From positions 17,112,001 to 17,176,000 of the forward strand of contig OX597829.1 of assembly GCA_951406725.2 (NCBI GenBank): a DNA stretch of 64,000 nt, given 5' to 3'. This stretch comes from Octopus vulgaris (Eukaryota). The position numbers were made by a program, and so were the translations under genes. Below are positions 25,743-39,552 of the stretch, piece after piece. The first letter of the stretch is position 1; each line of letters begins with the position of its first letter. A model generated the notes under the pieces. It was not told the origin of the DNA. It ran no database searches and was given only the letters and a program-made list of their open reading frames with translations.

Positions 25743-25743
<1 letters not shown>
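25470..25743. mobile_element. Mariner-type MITE nested in a SINE
   Basis: About 60-bp imperfect inverted termini (TA|CGTGGTCTGATCAATAAGTATC...GATACTTATTGA). Confidence 0.65.
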
Positions 25744-25777
<34 letters not shown>

Positions 25778-26011
25778 CGTATGTGTGTGACGCGCTTTCA
25801 GCTTCCGTCTACCAAATCCACTCACAAACCTTTGGTCAATCCGCAAGGATATAGTAGAAGACACCTTTGCCCATGATGCTACGCCGTAGAACTGAATCCG
25901 GAACCATGTGGTTGGGAAGCCTGCGCCTATACGGTAATTTAAAAAGTGATGAGACCAAATATCCGGAAAATCTCATTTATCTGGTAACCTTCCAGTCTAA
26001 GAAGAACCGGC

Positions 26012-26426
26012 GGATCTTTCGGTTTGAACAACAGTTTTTCAAAATAATTTCCACGTAACTAAACACTTTTAAACTTCGTATACTGGTAGAATGTGTTTAT
26101 AAAACATCTTTTTCTCTTGGCTTTATTGAGAAAATTCTATTGTTTGTAAGATATTTGTTGTTTTTTTTCTTCAATTTCTGCAATTTCAACCAATCAATCA
26201 CGTCTATTGAGGTAAAAAAAACAACATTCTGTGCCTTATGAATATGTCCCTCGTTTAAGAAACAGATTGGGTTTATTTACATTTCTGAAGAAAAAAAGAT
26301 ACCTTTCCACCACCCTAATCCTAAAACAGATTGAAATGCAATAGATCGATACAAGGGTCATAATTATGGGTGACAATTTCATATGACACCGCTAGAAAAA
26401 AACTGCCGTTCAAACCGAAAAGATCC
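26012..26426 (+). mobile_element. MITE family 1, flanked by a long direct duplication instead of an 8-bp TSD
   Basis: Both TIRs are present. The flank at 25860-26011 is repeated at 26427-26600. Confidence 0.9.
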
Positions 26427-27606
26427 GACACCTTGCCCAGGGTGCTACGCTGTAGGACTGAATCCGGAACCATGTGGTTGGGAGAAAGCCTGCGCCTAAT
26501 ACGGTAATTTAAAAAGTGATGGGATCAAATAACCGGAAAATTTTCAGTTATCCGAAAAACCTCATTTATCCGGTAACCTTCCAGTCTCAGAAGAACCGGC
26601 AAGAAAAGAGTTTATACTCTTTATGAAAAAGCAAAAAAAGCAAAAAAAAAAGAAGTGCTTCAAGCCATGACCGTTCCTATCTTTTTTATTCGTCTTGTTT
26701 ATGTTTTCAGGCAGCGAACTACAAACATCCATCTTCTTCCCTATGTCCCTTCTTTTATTTTTTAAAACGTGAGGGTTGAAGTTGGGTGGGATTTGGGGGC
26801 TTTCACTAAGTTTCTAGGTTTGTTCACCAACCAACCAACCACATAAACATTTGACTTATTTATTAATGGGACGCTCCAGTTCATGGTGTCGGAGGTGGTG
26901 GTGGTGGTGGTGGTGGTGGTGGTGATTGGTGGCGGCGATGACGATTGGTGATTATACAGTAGCAAAGGTGGTGGCGGCGGTAATGGTTAGAAGTGACGAT
27001 GGTGGTGATGGCGGTAGTGATGATGATGATGGTGGTTGTGATGGTGGTGGCGGTAGTGGTGGTGATAGTATGGACGTGGGTGAGACGGTGGCGATGAAAC
27101 AGTAGTAAGGTAGAGAGGTGGAGGGGGTGAGGTTGATGAATGTGTTTTCTCGTGCGACGTTTTGTGGTGGTGGTTTGTGTGGTTGGAGACTAAAAGATGG
27201 GGCTAAGATGTTTCGTGCGCCTATCTTATGGTTTGTCTGTATGTGTGTCGTCGACTGACTGATTTGTTTTATTCTGTTTTTTCATTATTATTTGTTTTTT
27301 GTTGAGAGAGAGAGAGAGAGAGAGAAAGAAAGAGGGAGAGAGAGCGAGAGAGAGAAAGAGGAAGAGGAAGAGAAACAGACAGACAGTGATAGAAGCGTGT
27401 TGAGAATGTGATGGCAATATCTTATGACAGTTTCACCTTTGACACTTATCCTTTTCCATGCACCACCTATCCCACACCCCGCCCACAATCTTTGCACGCA
27501 CCACATCATATATCCATCCACCCCTCTCATCGACCCCCGCCCCGCTCTATATCATCCACCCTACCCCCAGCCAATGTAAAAAAAAGTACATAAATAAATG
27601 AATAGA

Positions 27607-27645
<39 letters not shown>

Positions 27646-27839
27646 CCTCGAGGATGAAAGAAAAAATAAACAGAAAAAATTGAAATAAAATCGTCAGTAA
27701 GTCACATACTGTTAACCTGTATGTGTGTGTGTGTCTATGTGTGTGTATATGTGTGTGAGTGAGTGTGATTGAGTGTGTGTGTGTTAATATTTGCCTGTGC
27801 GATGTATAGACAAAAAAAAAAAAAAGAGAGAAAGCAGAT

Positions 27840-27893
<54 letters not shown>

Positions 27894-28240
27894 GAGTGTG
27901 ATAGATACAGCGTCACAGGATATATACACGATATAATAAGAAACATGCTTATATACAAAGACAGACATGTAGATAAAAAGATTTCCATATTACATGGATA
28001 CATACATGGATATGCGCGCGCACACATTATACAAACACATTTTTTTGATTTGAGAGTCCTTACTGATGGATAGGTAGATGACGCCAACTCCCTCAGCAGA
28101 ATTTGAACTCAAAACGGAAACATCGTAGAGACATTTAAGCAGAGATTTATTTATTTATTGTTTTGGTTTGTCTGCCTACCGATTCTGCCACCACCGCACC
28201 CTGATTTATTTGTCTCTTAAAAAAAAAAAAATGAGGAGAG

Positions 28241-28650
28241 GGATCTTTTCGGTTTGACCGGCAGTTTTTTCTAGCGGTGTCATATGAAATTGTCACCCAT
28301 AATTATGACCCTAGTATCGATCTATTGCATTTCAATCTGTTTTAGGGTTAGGGATGGGGAGAAGGGTATCTTTTTTTCTTCACAAATGTAAATAAACCCA
28401 ATATGTTTCTTAAACGAGGGACATATTCATAAGGCACAGAATGTTTTTTACCTCAATAGACGTCATTGGTTGAAATTGCTGAAACTGAAGAAAAAAACCC
28501 AACAAATATCTTACAAACTATAGAATTTTCTCAATAAAGCCAAGAGAAAAAGATGTTTTATAAACACATTCTACCAGTATACGAAGTTTAAAAGCGTTTA
28601 GTTACGTGGAAATTATTTAAAAAAAACTGCCGTTCAAACCGAAAAGATCC
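28241..28650 (-). mobile_element. MITE family 1, opposite orientation, 8-bp TSD GAGGAGAG
   Basis: TIRs are present, with the TSD at 28233-28240 and 28651-28658. Confidence 0.92.
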
Positions 28651-28829
28651 GAGGAGAGATAGACCCTTATGATCCCTATGGTAAGGGAAGAATAGTGACT
28701 GAAAAGAGGGTTGATGAACTGCCATGCTTAATAAAAGATGGTTTTTAATACTCCAAACGGTGACTTTTGCTCGATGCTCAGGCTGAATGGCAACTTGCTG
28801 GAACCTTTCATTCCGTCAAGAGTGCTCTC

Positions 28830-29398
28830 TCTCTCTCTCTGCCCCAAGGTGACTCAGATCTGGGCTTATGTCGAACACCTGCTGTCGCATTCGAGAAGAG
28901 TACAACCGTCGAGCGAATCTGTAATTAAGATCGTTCCTCCGACCTTCCTGAATAGGGAGGAGCGAGCCTGTTTTCTCTCGGTGGTTACTGTTGCGAAAGA
29001 GGTATTATGGAAGACGAGAGTGAAAGGAATTGCAACAGGCATGTTCATCTCCAGTCTCGAGCTAATCGACTTTTTCGTTTTCCACATGAAACGGAAAATA
29101 AGGCTGGAGAAGAAATGCCTGACGCAAAGTGTGTTTCGTAAAAGATGGAAGTCTATAGCAAGCATGTTGCGAGTGAAAGAACCTGTTTAATCGGGAATGT
29201 AGAAAAGGAGAAAGCAAAGTCTTCAGTGTATGTCGACCGCGTCCTCCGCCTCATTTTTTGTAAATCACTCATTCTCATTTAATTGTATATATTTTAATTG
29301 TTTGTTTATTCATACGTTTCGTCTCATTCGATACCCTGGCCCCAATGTTTGTTTTGTCTGTCCCCTCTTTTTCTCAACCTTATGGTGAATAAAGAAAT
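28830..29398 (+). mobile_element. Tx1/L1-clade LINE 3' fragment (ORF2 C-terminus and 3' UTR)
   Basis: The ORF 28738-29190 peptide CPKVTQIWAYVEHLL...AKEVLWKTR...FRKRW resembles a Tx1 ORF2 end. It finishes in GGTGAATAAAGAAAT, and a second copy is at 15236-15605. Confidence 0.75.
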
Positions 29399-29411
29399 TC
29401 TCTCTCTCTCT

Positions 29412-29565
29412 CTCCCTACACTTCTGTACGCACTGTCTCACAAACCACTGCTACGGAAACTAGAAATATTGAGGGGCATCCCGTGTGGACAAGGATGTGG
29501 AAGAACCGTGTTGGCATACAAAGACGATGTCACCTTTATTCGGACACCAAACACATCGAGGTGAT
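29412..29565 (+). mobile_element. Degenerate Tx1-like reverse transcriptase fragment
   Basis: PTLLYALSHKPLLRKL...LAYKDDVT resembles SPLLY...EPLL...AYADDVT. Confidence 0.6.
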
Positions 29566-29640
29566 CAACAGTAGTTCTCAACCAAGGTCCGCATGTTTCT
29601 TGGTGGGTCCATAAAAAATTTTGTCATTAAAATTTATCTG

Positions 29641-29936
29641 GGATCTTTTCACTTTGACCGGCAGATTTTTAACATAATTTCTTTGTAACTAAACACTTTT
29701 AAACTTCGTATACTGGTAGAATGTGTTTATAAAACATCTTTTTCTCTTGGCTTTCTTGAGAGAATTCTGTAGTTTGTAAGCTATTTGTTGTTTAATTTCT
29801 TGCATTTCTGCAATTTCAACCAATCAATGACGACGTCTATTGAGGTGAATTCAATTTCTGCCGTAGTGTGTCAACAAAACAATTATTTGCGGTGTCAAAT
29901 TATTTTAAAAATCTGTCGGTCAAAGCGAAAAGATCC
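29641..29936 (+). mobile_element. MITE family 1 subfamily (TIR GGATCTTTTCACTTTGACCG), 8-bp TSD TTTATCTG
   Basis: The TSD is at 29633-29640 and 29937-29944. It shares its left ~200 bp with family 1. Confidence 0.9.
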
Positions 29937-30071
29937 TTTATCTGTAATAAAAGTTCTATATACTTCTATAATACACAAAACACTTTAACTATTGTTATTA
30001 TAATTTTGGGTATGTTTTGGTTATTTCACCCCCATTAAAAAAAATTGTTATCTCCTTACCTCCTTCTATCA

Positions 30072-30298
30072 GCGGCGAGCTGATAGAAACGTTAGCACGC
30101 CGGGCGAAATGCTTAGCGGTATTTCGTCTGCCGCTAAGTTCTGAGTTCAAATACCGCCGAGGTTGACTTTGCCTTTCATCCTTTCGGGGTCGATAAATTA
30201 AGTTACGCACTGGGGTTGATATAATCGACTTGATCCGTTTGTCTGTCCTTGTTTGTCCTCTCTGTATTTAGCCCCTTGCGGGTAGTAAAGAAAAAGGT
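30072..30298 (+). mobile_element. SINE family A
   Basis: Matches 46568-46801. Confidence 0.85.
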
Positions 30299-31559
30299 AT
30301 TGTACAGAGTAGACCGGGCCTCCATGAAAATTGGCTGATCTTTCTAGGCCCCGAGTTGGCAGAGAGGTCTCAAAACACAAGTGTGCCGAGATAGCCATGA
30401 ACCTGTCTTTTGGTTCTCTAGCCACCCGGCCCTATACAGGCTGAAGCCCCTCAACCTTTTCTTATTATCCATGTGCTCTACTTAAAAAGAAAAAAAAATT
30501 GTATTGTGTCACCTATGCGCAGGTATGGCTGCATGCTTAAGAAGCTCGCTTTGTGAACATATGGCTTCAGGTTTAGTCCTACTGCATGCGACCTTAGGAA
30601 ATTGTTTTCTACTACAGCCTTGAAACGTGGGCTCTGAGAACTTTATATATGTTTTATCTTTTACTTGTTTCAGTCATTTTTTTTTTCAGGATTCTTTTTT
30701 TTCTGGGCCAAGTACTTATCCTATCGGTTTCTTTTGCGGATACGTAAATACACCGGTTGTTAAGCGGTGATGGGGTACAGACACAAACACAATGACACTG
30801 GCGCTATAAGTAGAAGACACTTACCCAAGAAGACACTTACCTAAGAAGACACAGTAGGACTGAACCTGGGACTATGTGGTTGAGAAAGCTACTTACCACA
30901 CAGCTACCCCTGCCCCTACACACATACACACACACACACACACGTTTCAGCAATGTATCTATCTACACGTATACGTTTCTCGATTTCCTCTCCTTCTTTG
31001 GATTTTTCTCTTTCTCCTTTCCGATGAAGAGCTATGCTCGAAACATTAAACTCTCTCCTTTCACTGTGTGTGTGTGTGTGTGTGTGTGCTTGACTTTCAA
31101 GCCTAGATAGGCAAAGGATGTCACGGGCCGATCTTTGACTTTTTGACGACCGGACCGACACAGGCTGAATCTCACAGCTTGTCCTATACGTCCGCTATGT
31201 ACGTACAACATCCGATTTGGTCTTATTAAAAAACAAAAACTGACAAAAAAAAAAGTATATCTTGGTATGTTTAAAACTAAGAGTACAGATCAATAATAAA
31301 AAAAGTTTAAAAAAATATTAAAAAAGGGTGTCTCCTTATCTATGAACGACTAATCACACCCTGATGAATCTATAAATTTTCGTGTTGATGTATAGCAATT
31401 TATGCGTGATTACTTCTGACAAGATTAAAAGGTGTAACAAGTCCTTCAAACAGACACCAGTACAATCGGTAGGAAGTCACTTTCATTTCATGATACGCAT
31501 CAGCGTAGCTTAAAAAACATTCAGCGATCGTGCAATTGATAAATGGCGGTGGAGATGTA

Positions 31560-31595
<36 letters not shown>

Positions 31596-31676
31596 TATAT
31601 GTATAATATTTACATACATGTATACATGTATGTGCTGGTGTGTGTATCAAAATACATTATAAATACCCATTACTTG

Positions 31677-31722
<46 letters not shown>

Positions 31723-31778
31723 TGTGTGTATAGTGTATTTATATATTGTGTATCCATATATATATAAATTAAGAGTAT

Positions 31779-31816
<38 letters not shown>

Positions 31817-32680
31817 GTATTGTGTGTGTGTGTGTATAGTGTATTTATATATTGTGTATCCATGTATATAAATTGTGTGTATCTGTGTGTGTGTGTGTAC
31901 ACGCATGTGTTTGTGTGTATGCTTGTATATAATAAGGGTGTGGAACACCCTGTAATGATTCATGTCTCTGTTAAGGTTCTCACTTATCACGAACGCGTGA
32001 ACGGTGGTGGTGGTGGTGGTATTGGTAGTGGTGGTATGGCTTGTATACAGTGTATAGGTACGTGTGTGTATGTGTGTGTGTGTGCGTGTGCGCGCGAGTT
32101 CAGATTGATGAGCGTAAAGGGCTTCACATCCGACACAGGTATTACTAGTCAAAAGTGTTTTGTGACAGGTGACTACAATTGATTAACACCGTCATATCAT
32201 ATACGACAATGTCCAATCTACAAAGGATATGTAACCGTTTGTTGTTGTCGCTGGTTTTTGTTTCTTTATATGTTTATTTTATTATTGTTGTACCTACATT
32301 TGGATAGGCAATGGTGGACGTTAAAGAGGGGTTAGGGTTAGTTGTAGATGACTATCTTCAGACTATGTTTCAACAGAGCACAAATGTGTGTGTATATATA
32401 TATATATATATACATACATATATGTAAATACACACACACACACACGCATGTATACGCATACATATATGTAGATATATACATTCACACACATAAATGTACA
32501 TACACAAATATACATACCTGTGTGTGCGTGTGTGTATATATCATACAAAATAGTTACCTGTTCAAATATGGTTGGTGTCATGTTCGAATCTAAGAAAATC
32601 AATCACTGTGTTTTCTTATGGAGGAAATTACTTGATGTATACACACACACTTTTATGTTTTTACTGTTTATGTGTATGTG

Positions 32681-32713
<33 letters not shown>

Positions 32714-32720
32714 AAGCATG

Positions 32721-32756
<36 letters not shown>

Positions 32757-32864
32757 CATATATATATGTGTGTGTAAGCATGCATGTGTATATATATGTA
32801 TGTATGTATGCATGCATTTATATTTTTACCTTTTACCTGCTTCAGTCATTTGACTGAGGCCATG

Positions 32865-32929
<65 letters not shown>

Positions 32930-33114
32930 CTGCTACCCAACTACTTGGTTCCGAGTTCAATTGCATTGCTTGGCACCTTGTGCAAGTGTCTTCTACTATA
33001 GCCTTGGCCTTGTGAGGGGATTTGGTCGGCGGAAACTGAAAGAAGCCCGTCGTAGTGCGTGTGTTTAGTTGACAAAAATAAATAATTAAATAAATAAAAC
33101 GACCATCCCGAAAT

Positions 33115-33185
<71 letters not shown>

Positions 33186-33767
33186 GGAGTGAAGTGTGAG
33201 TGTCTGCCCCAGCACTGCCTGACAACCGCTCTTGATGTATTTACGTATCTGTAAATTAGCGGTTCGGCATGAGAGAGCGACAGAATAAGTACCAGGTATA
33301 ACAAACAAATAAGCTACAGAAGATCAATTGTTCGACTTAGAAATTGCTGAAGGCGGTGCCCCAGCATGGCCGCAGTCTAATAACTGAAACACGTAAAATA
33401 TAATAGATCTCAGGGGCTTAGGGTCGCCAGTCGTTCGCTTTGCCGGACGGAATTTCGTGCGGTTCCGTCGCTTGTGCATGCAATTGTTCGGCTAGACACA
33501 GCACAGCCCTTATCTCTGATGTGTCTAAGAACGGGAGTGTCCATAAAACACACACATACACACGTTTAAACAAATGCGTATATGTGTACACACACATATA
33601 TATGCATTCACATATGCATGCGTGTACGTGCCTTCGTGTGCGATATACAATAAAGAGCAAGCAAGAAATAGCCAAATCACTCTCGAATCAGATTTTATTA
33701 CTATGATAAAAAGGAAAAAGAAAATAAACCAGACGTGATAACAGGAGTTTCGAAAGAGATGGTGGAA

Positions 33768-34010
33768 GGCGGCGAGCTGCCAGAAACGTTAGCACGCCGG
33801 ACGAAATGCATAGTCGTGTCTGCCGTTACGTTCTGTCTTTATGTTCAAGTTCAAATTCGGCCGAGGTCGACTTTGCCTTTCATCCTTTCAGGGTCGATTA
33901 AATAAGTACCAGTTACACACTGGGGTCGATATATAATCGACTTAATCCGTTTGCCTGACCTTGTTTGTTCCCTCTGTGTTTAGCCCCTTATGGGTAGTAA
34001 AGAAATAGGT
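33768..34010 (+). mobile_element. SINE family A
   Basis: Matches 46568-46801. Confidence 0.85.
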
Positions 34011-34652
34011 CTTCACCTCACTTGATTGGCCTTCATTATCGTCTGGTATATACCGAGGGCTAAACAACAACAATAACAACAGCCGTTCAAGAATCTGGAC
34101 ATCTCCATTTCCAGCGACTTCGAGGGCCACCTCCCAGTGGTGTTGAGCGTCAACGAAGAGCCCTCGACTACAACAAGACGACCAACGTTTTTTTTTCCAA
34201 GGTCTGGGGTCTCTCGCCCCTAAGCCCTAAACCATCACCTAAATACCCGTCTTGTTGCTTAACAACAACAAGAAGAACAGCAGCAGCAACACCAACAAAA
34301 GCTGCAAAAGTTAAAAATTACTTGAAAATATTTCCATAATAACTTTAAAATAAAATGGTTATTGTTTTTGCATGAGTTATTTCCCTTGAACAGGCATTTA
34401 GTAGGGACGAGTTCATGTGAAACAAAGTTTTAGCACAAGGCCAGCGATATTGAGAGTAGGAGTTAGTCGATGGCATCGACCTCAGATTTTAACTGGTAAT
34501 CATCTAATTGACGCCAAAAGTATGAAAAATAGACTCAACCGCGGCGGTATTTGAACTCAAAAATTTAAGAGGTTGCCTGGCGTGCTTAAACGATTCTGCC
34601 AGCCCTCACTTTGCAAAGCGTTATATAATAAACTAGAAATATACATATATAT

Positions 34653-34820
34653 GGCGTAACTTCGGTATAGGTACCGGAAGTACCGGATACATTTCAAGAA
34701 AGTGTTTATTTTATATATATGGGGGGGGGGGGTTGTGTTAGGGTTAGGAGAAAAGGGTTTCTGTTATCTTCAGAAATGAAAAAATAAAAACACTTCCGGT
34801 ACCTATACCGAAGGATCGCC
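34653..34820. mobile_element. MITE family 2 (GG...CC termini, ~29-bp imperfect TIR)
   Basis: TIRs GGCGTAACTTCGGTATAGGTACCGGAAGT and ACTTCCGGTACCTATACCGAAGGATCGCC, flanked by CATATATAT and CATATATAC, with internal GTTAGGGTTAGG. Confidence 0.75.
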
Positions 34821-35021
34821 CATATATACTGTAATCGGTAGGTAAGGACAATTCCGACCTTATTGTGACCTCGTCAGAGAAGAATATATCACATTGTATT
34901 TGTAGTATTAGTAATGAGGTGCTCTCTAACCATACCTGTATGGTTGAAAAGTTCACTTCTCGACTCTCAGCCTCTAGGTCACGTGTCTTCAGTACCTAAG
35001 TCAAGTGTCAGCTTATGGGTG

Positions 35022-35322
35022 GCTTTGGTAGACGGAAACTGAAAGAAGCTCGTCGTAAATATGTATATATATATATATATATATATATGTTATATGTGTG
35101 TGCGTGTATATATGTTTGTGTGTCTGTGGTTGCCCCACCAACACCCAACATCACTTGACAACCGATGCTGGTGCGTTTACGTCTCCGTAACTTAGCGGTT
35201 AGGCAAAAGAGACCGATAGAATAAGTACTAGGCTTACAAAGAATAAGTCCTGGGGTCGATTTGCTCGACAAAAGGCGGTGCTCCAGCATGGCCACAGTCA
35301 CATGACTGAAAAAAGTAAAAGA
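35022..35322 (+). mobile_element. SINE family B, 5'-truncated (a head-only copy is at 35899-36056)
   Basis: Sequence match. Confidence 0.8.
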
Positions 35323-36541
35323 GAATATATATATGGATTCTTTCCTCAACTCGCGTAACTCGGGTACATAATACCCGAGAAGCATTTTGCTTTCCACCCA
35401 AGCTGTCGCACAGTATACATTGTCTCCTTCTTGCGAAAAAACCCCAGGAGGAATATTAAGAGCAGGACAGGTCCCTACATGTAGAACTTGTGGACTTCAC
35501 AAAGGCATACAATAATGAGGTTAGGGTGGCCCTAAGTCATCATTTTTACGTCGATTTTCCTATCCTCAGGTGTTTGTGAGTGCGTGCGAACGCCTGTGCC
35601 TGTGCAGGCACGCGGGTGTCGTCGCGTGGGGTGGATTCTACCCTGACTTAACCTGTGCGGTTCGGAAACTTGATTGAAAGTGCTAAATTGTCTACATGCC
35701 TGTCAAGACACAGTTCATCTTGAGGAATTATGGAGTTCTAAGTTATTCACATCTATTGGTGAAGCTACGCACGTATGACAGGCAGAAAGGAACAACAATA
35801 CATCGAAGACGTCGGAGTGATGCTGCTATAAGCATCAAACGGCGACATGCATAGGAAATTAAGGTGTGGGCATTTTTCTTTTTTTGTTTTTGTTTTTGCG
35901 AGTGGCTGTGTGCTAAGTAGCTTGCTTACCAACCACATGGTTCCGGGTTCAATCCACACTGCGTGGCACCTTGGGCAAGTGTCTTCTACTATAGCCTCGG
36001 GCCGACCAAAGCCTTGTGAGTGGATTTGGTAGACGGAAACTGAAAGAAGCCCGTCGTATATATATATATATATGCATGTACACACACACAACTTTCATGC
36101 CGCCAATTGAATATTCTCAAATTAGTCGTGTGTGTGTGTGTGTGTGTGTGTATGTGGCATATGTGTTAAGTTGATAAAGAGATACAAATAGCATGAGAAA
36201 AAGCGAAAGAATAGTTGAGCTACAGAAAAGAGACAGAAAGAGTATGTGTGTGTGTGTATGTGTGAGAGAGAGAGAGAGAGAGAGCAGGGAGGGAGGGAGG
36301 GAGGGAGGGAGAGAGGAAAAGAGAATGTGTGTGTGTGAGAAACAGAGAGAAATTGAGGGTTAGATAGATAGATAAAGATACAAGGTAGTTTCCTAGAAAA
36401 AAAAAACAAACCAGATAAGTCTTTCTCAGTACTTAGCTTTCAGCGATGCATGGTAATGTGTTGAGACATGTCATACATATATGTAAGATATAAAGGAGTA
36501 ATGACTGATAAAAATCGACATAGGGACACGCACGTACACAG

Positions 36542-36582
<41 letters not shown>

Positions 36583-36744
36583 ATTAGTTTCAGCAGGATT
36601 TTGGTAAATCGAGTTTCCTTTTGCATGTTGTTAACCAAACCCGAAGATAATTTTCATATTGGTGTGAAGTATTATTTAATCCCAGAACAAACTTGGTTAC
36701 ATTGGTTACGCAGATTATACCGAATTGCCCGCCTTACACACACT

Positions 36745-37126
<382 letters not shown>

Positions 37127-37744
37127 TAACACCAAGTAAGTTAGGGGTTGTGGATGCAACCCACTAAGGGATAATACTAATCCAATATGCTGTTGGTATA
37201 ATACCCAAATTGCTAATACATAAATGTTTTTAATTGCAATGCAATTAACTTACTTATTGTATTAAATGGGTGAAGGTAAAGAAATATTTTACCATTAATT
37301 TATATTACAAATAAGAAAATGGAGAAACGATTTAGTTGGTTCATCAGCTTTCGGATATTAGACTTATTTTTTAACAAACACACACACACATATATACATA
37401 CATACATACATACATACATACATACATACATACATACATACATAGACACATAAACACGCTGGTATTTCCAAGAACGGATGATTGTGTGCTTATATGTTTG
37501 TTTGTGTATGTCTTTGTGCCTATGTGTGTGTGTGTGTGTGTGTGTTTGTGTATGTCTTAGTGACTATGTGTGTGTGTGTGTGTTGTCGTTGCGTGGGGCA
37601 GGCAGCTTGTACCTTGAAGTGTCTATGTGCGCTTCGGAAAGTGATTGAAAAGTGCTAAGTCGTGTACATGCCTGTCAAGACACAGGTTATCTTGGTGGCA
37701 TAGAAACGCTTCAAATAGTCCTGGAGTGTAAATACATGTATATA

Positions 37745-37822
<78 letters not shown>

Positions 37823-38009
37823 CAATGTACGTTCAAAGCGCGATTACACATAATGGTCTAAGAATACCACTTATCAGCACAAATAGTATGCACGAAACTT
37901 AAGCCACTTGAGTCACTTTTAACTTTCCACCGATTACAAAATAAAAAGAAAGTATATATGTACCAAAAGCGCAAACGTATGCGCGCGTGCGTGCGCGCAT
38001 ACACGTGAG

Positions 38010-38300
38010 TAGTGTCCAAATCTCCGACCAATCACATACAGCTAGCTGGCATTCAATTGGCGTATCAGGTTTCAGGCATTTTGATTGGGCTTTGGATAGA
38101 AAATTCACAAAAAAGTCACTTCTATTGATTTTTTAATGACTTTGTGGGGTGACTGGGGAAATGTAAAGATGTGCACGACCACCCTTGGACGATTTTGAAT
38201 GACCATAGAAAGTGCGAGCCCTTTAACTGAAAAATTGTGGATTTGTATAAAGGACACACACACACACAGACAGACATTTTGCCGTTTATATACAGAGAGA
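38010..38300 (-). mobile_element. Non-autonomous Helitron, same family as 848-1158
   Basis: Reverse-complement match to 848-1138. The 5' TC terminus is at 38300; the 3' end is unclear. Confidence 0.7.
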
Positions 38301-38502
38301 TTCATTGCAGATAATTTTTAACGACTTAATATTACATGAACCTCCTACTGGACCCCAGTCGAGACCTTGGCTGAGGTCCCTAGTTGAGAACCACTGGGTT
38401 AGATTATGATATTATATAGAGAGATTTGGCTATTAGTTTTATCTAGTGATTTATCAGATGGAGGTATATTGATACTTTCACTTCCTGATAAAACATAACT
38501 TT

Positions 38503-38560
38503 GTACACAGTACTGAATTTTGGTCGTACACAGTACTGAATTTTGGTCGTACACAGTACT
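38503..38560. repeat. 23-bp tandem repeat, 2.5 copies (GTACACAGTACTGAATTTTGGTC)
   Basis: Exact tandem copies. Confidence 0.95.
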
Positions 38561-39226
38561 TAGAGCTTTACAAATCTTACTTTCAAAACCGTGAAAATCA
38601 TTTCAGCAAGACTGGGCCATTATCGTTCACATAATCGCAAATGTTTCAATAAAAAATGATAGCAATTAAAACAGTTTTTGTTTATGGTTCCTCAGCTAAG
38701 AACATACCTTCTCCCTCGATGTACCATCGATGAAACCCGTACGTGGTCACTTATAATTAAAATTAAATGCTGTAATTCCTCTCATATCGCGTCCTATTGT
38801 TATAAGTGGGGCGTGGGAGACGAATAGGATTTTGAAATCGTAAATACTGCTACATGAAATGATCAGCAGATTACAGGTGATATATATATTTGATGACAGA
38901 TCTTGTCCATCAAAGATGACCTGGTACTTAACGATACCCCGACGCGCTAATATTAGCAAATATGTTTTCCTCAAATCAGACTTAAACTAGGAACGCATTC
39001 GATAACGAAGTCCTCAGTACACTCTTTTTTTTTACAATACTGAATGGTTATGATTTGAAACATCATGGATCGAATCAGAACAATGAAAATGTTGTCACTC
39101 AATATACTTAGATAAAAACAAAATCAGAGAAATTTGTCTGTTTTAAAGTTGTGGAAGATTTTCATATTAGATATAAAAACCAAATTATTCTTAAATCCCA
39201 TCCTGTTATTTATATATATATATATA

Positions 39227-39552
39227 CTAGCACATGCATATACAGCTGCGTGCGTGCGCACATACACGCGAGTACTGTCCAAATCTCCGACCAATCACAT
39301 ACAGCTAGCTGGCATTCAATTGGTGTATCAAGTTTCGGGCATTTTGATAAGGCTTTGGATAGAAAATTCACAAAAACGTCACTTCTATTGATTTTTCAAT
39401 GGCTTTGCGGGGTGACTGGGAAATGTAAAGATGTGCACGACCACCCTTGGACGGTTTTCAATGACCATAGAAAGTGCGAGCCCTCTAACTGAAAAATTGT
39501 GGATTTGTATAAAGAACACACACACAGACATTTTGCCGTTTATATAGAGAGA
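39227..39552 (-). mobile_element. Non-autonomous Helitron, same family
   Basis: Reverse-complement match, with the 3' GTGCTAG|T terminus at 39227. Confidence 0.75.

Noticed and set aside
38503-38560. CRISPR-like repeats
   Set aside because: These are head-to-tail tandem copies with no spacers, in eukaryotic DNA with no cas genes.
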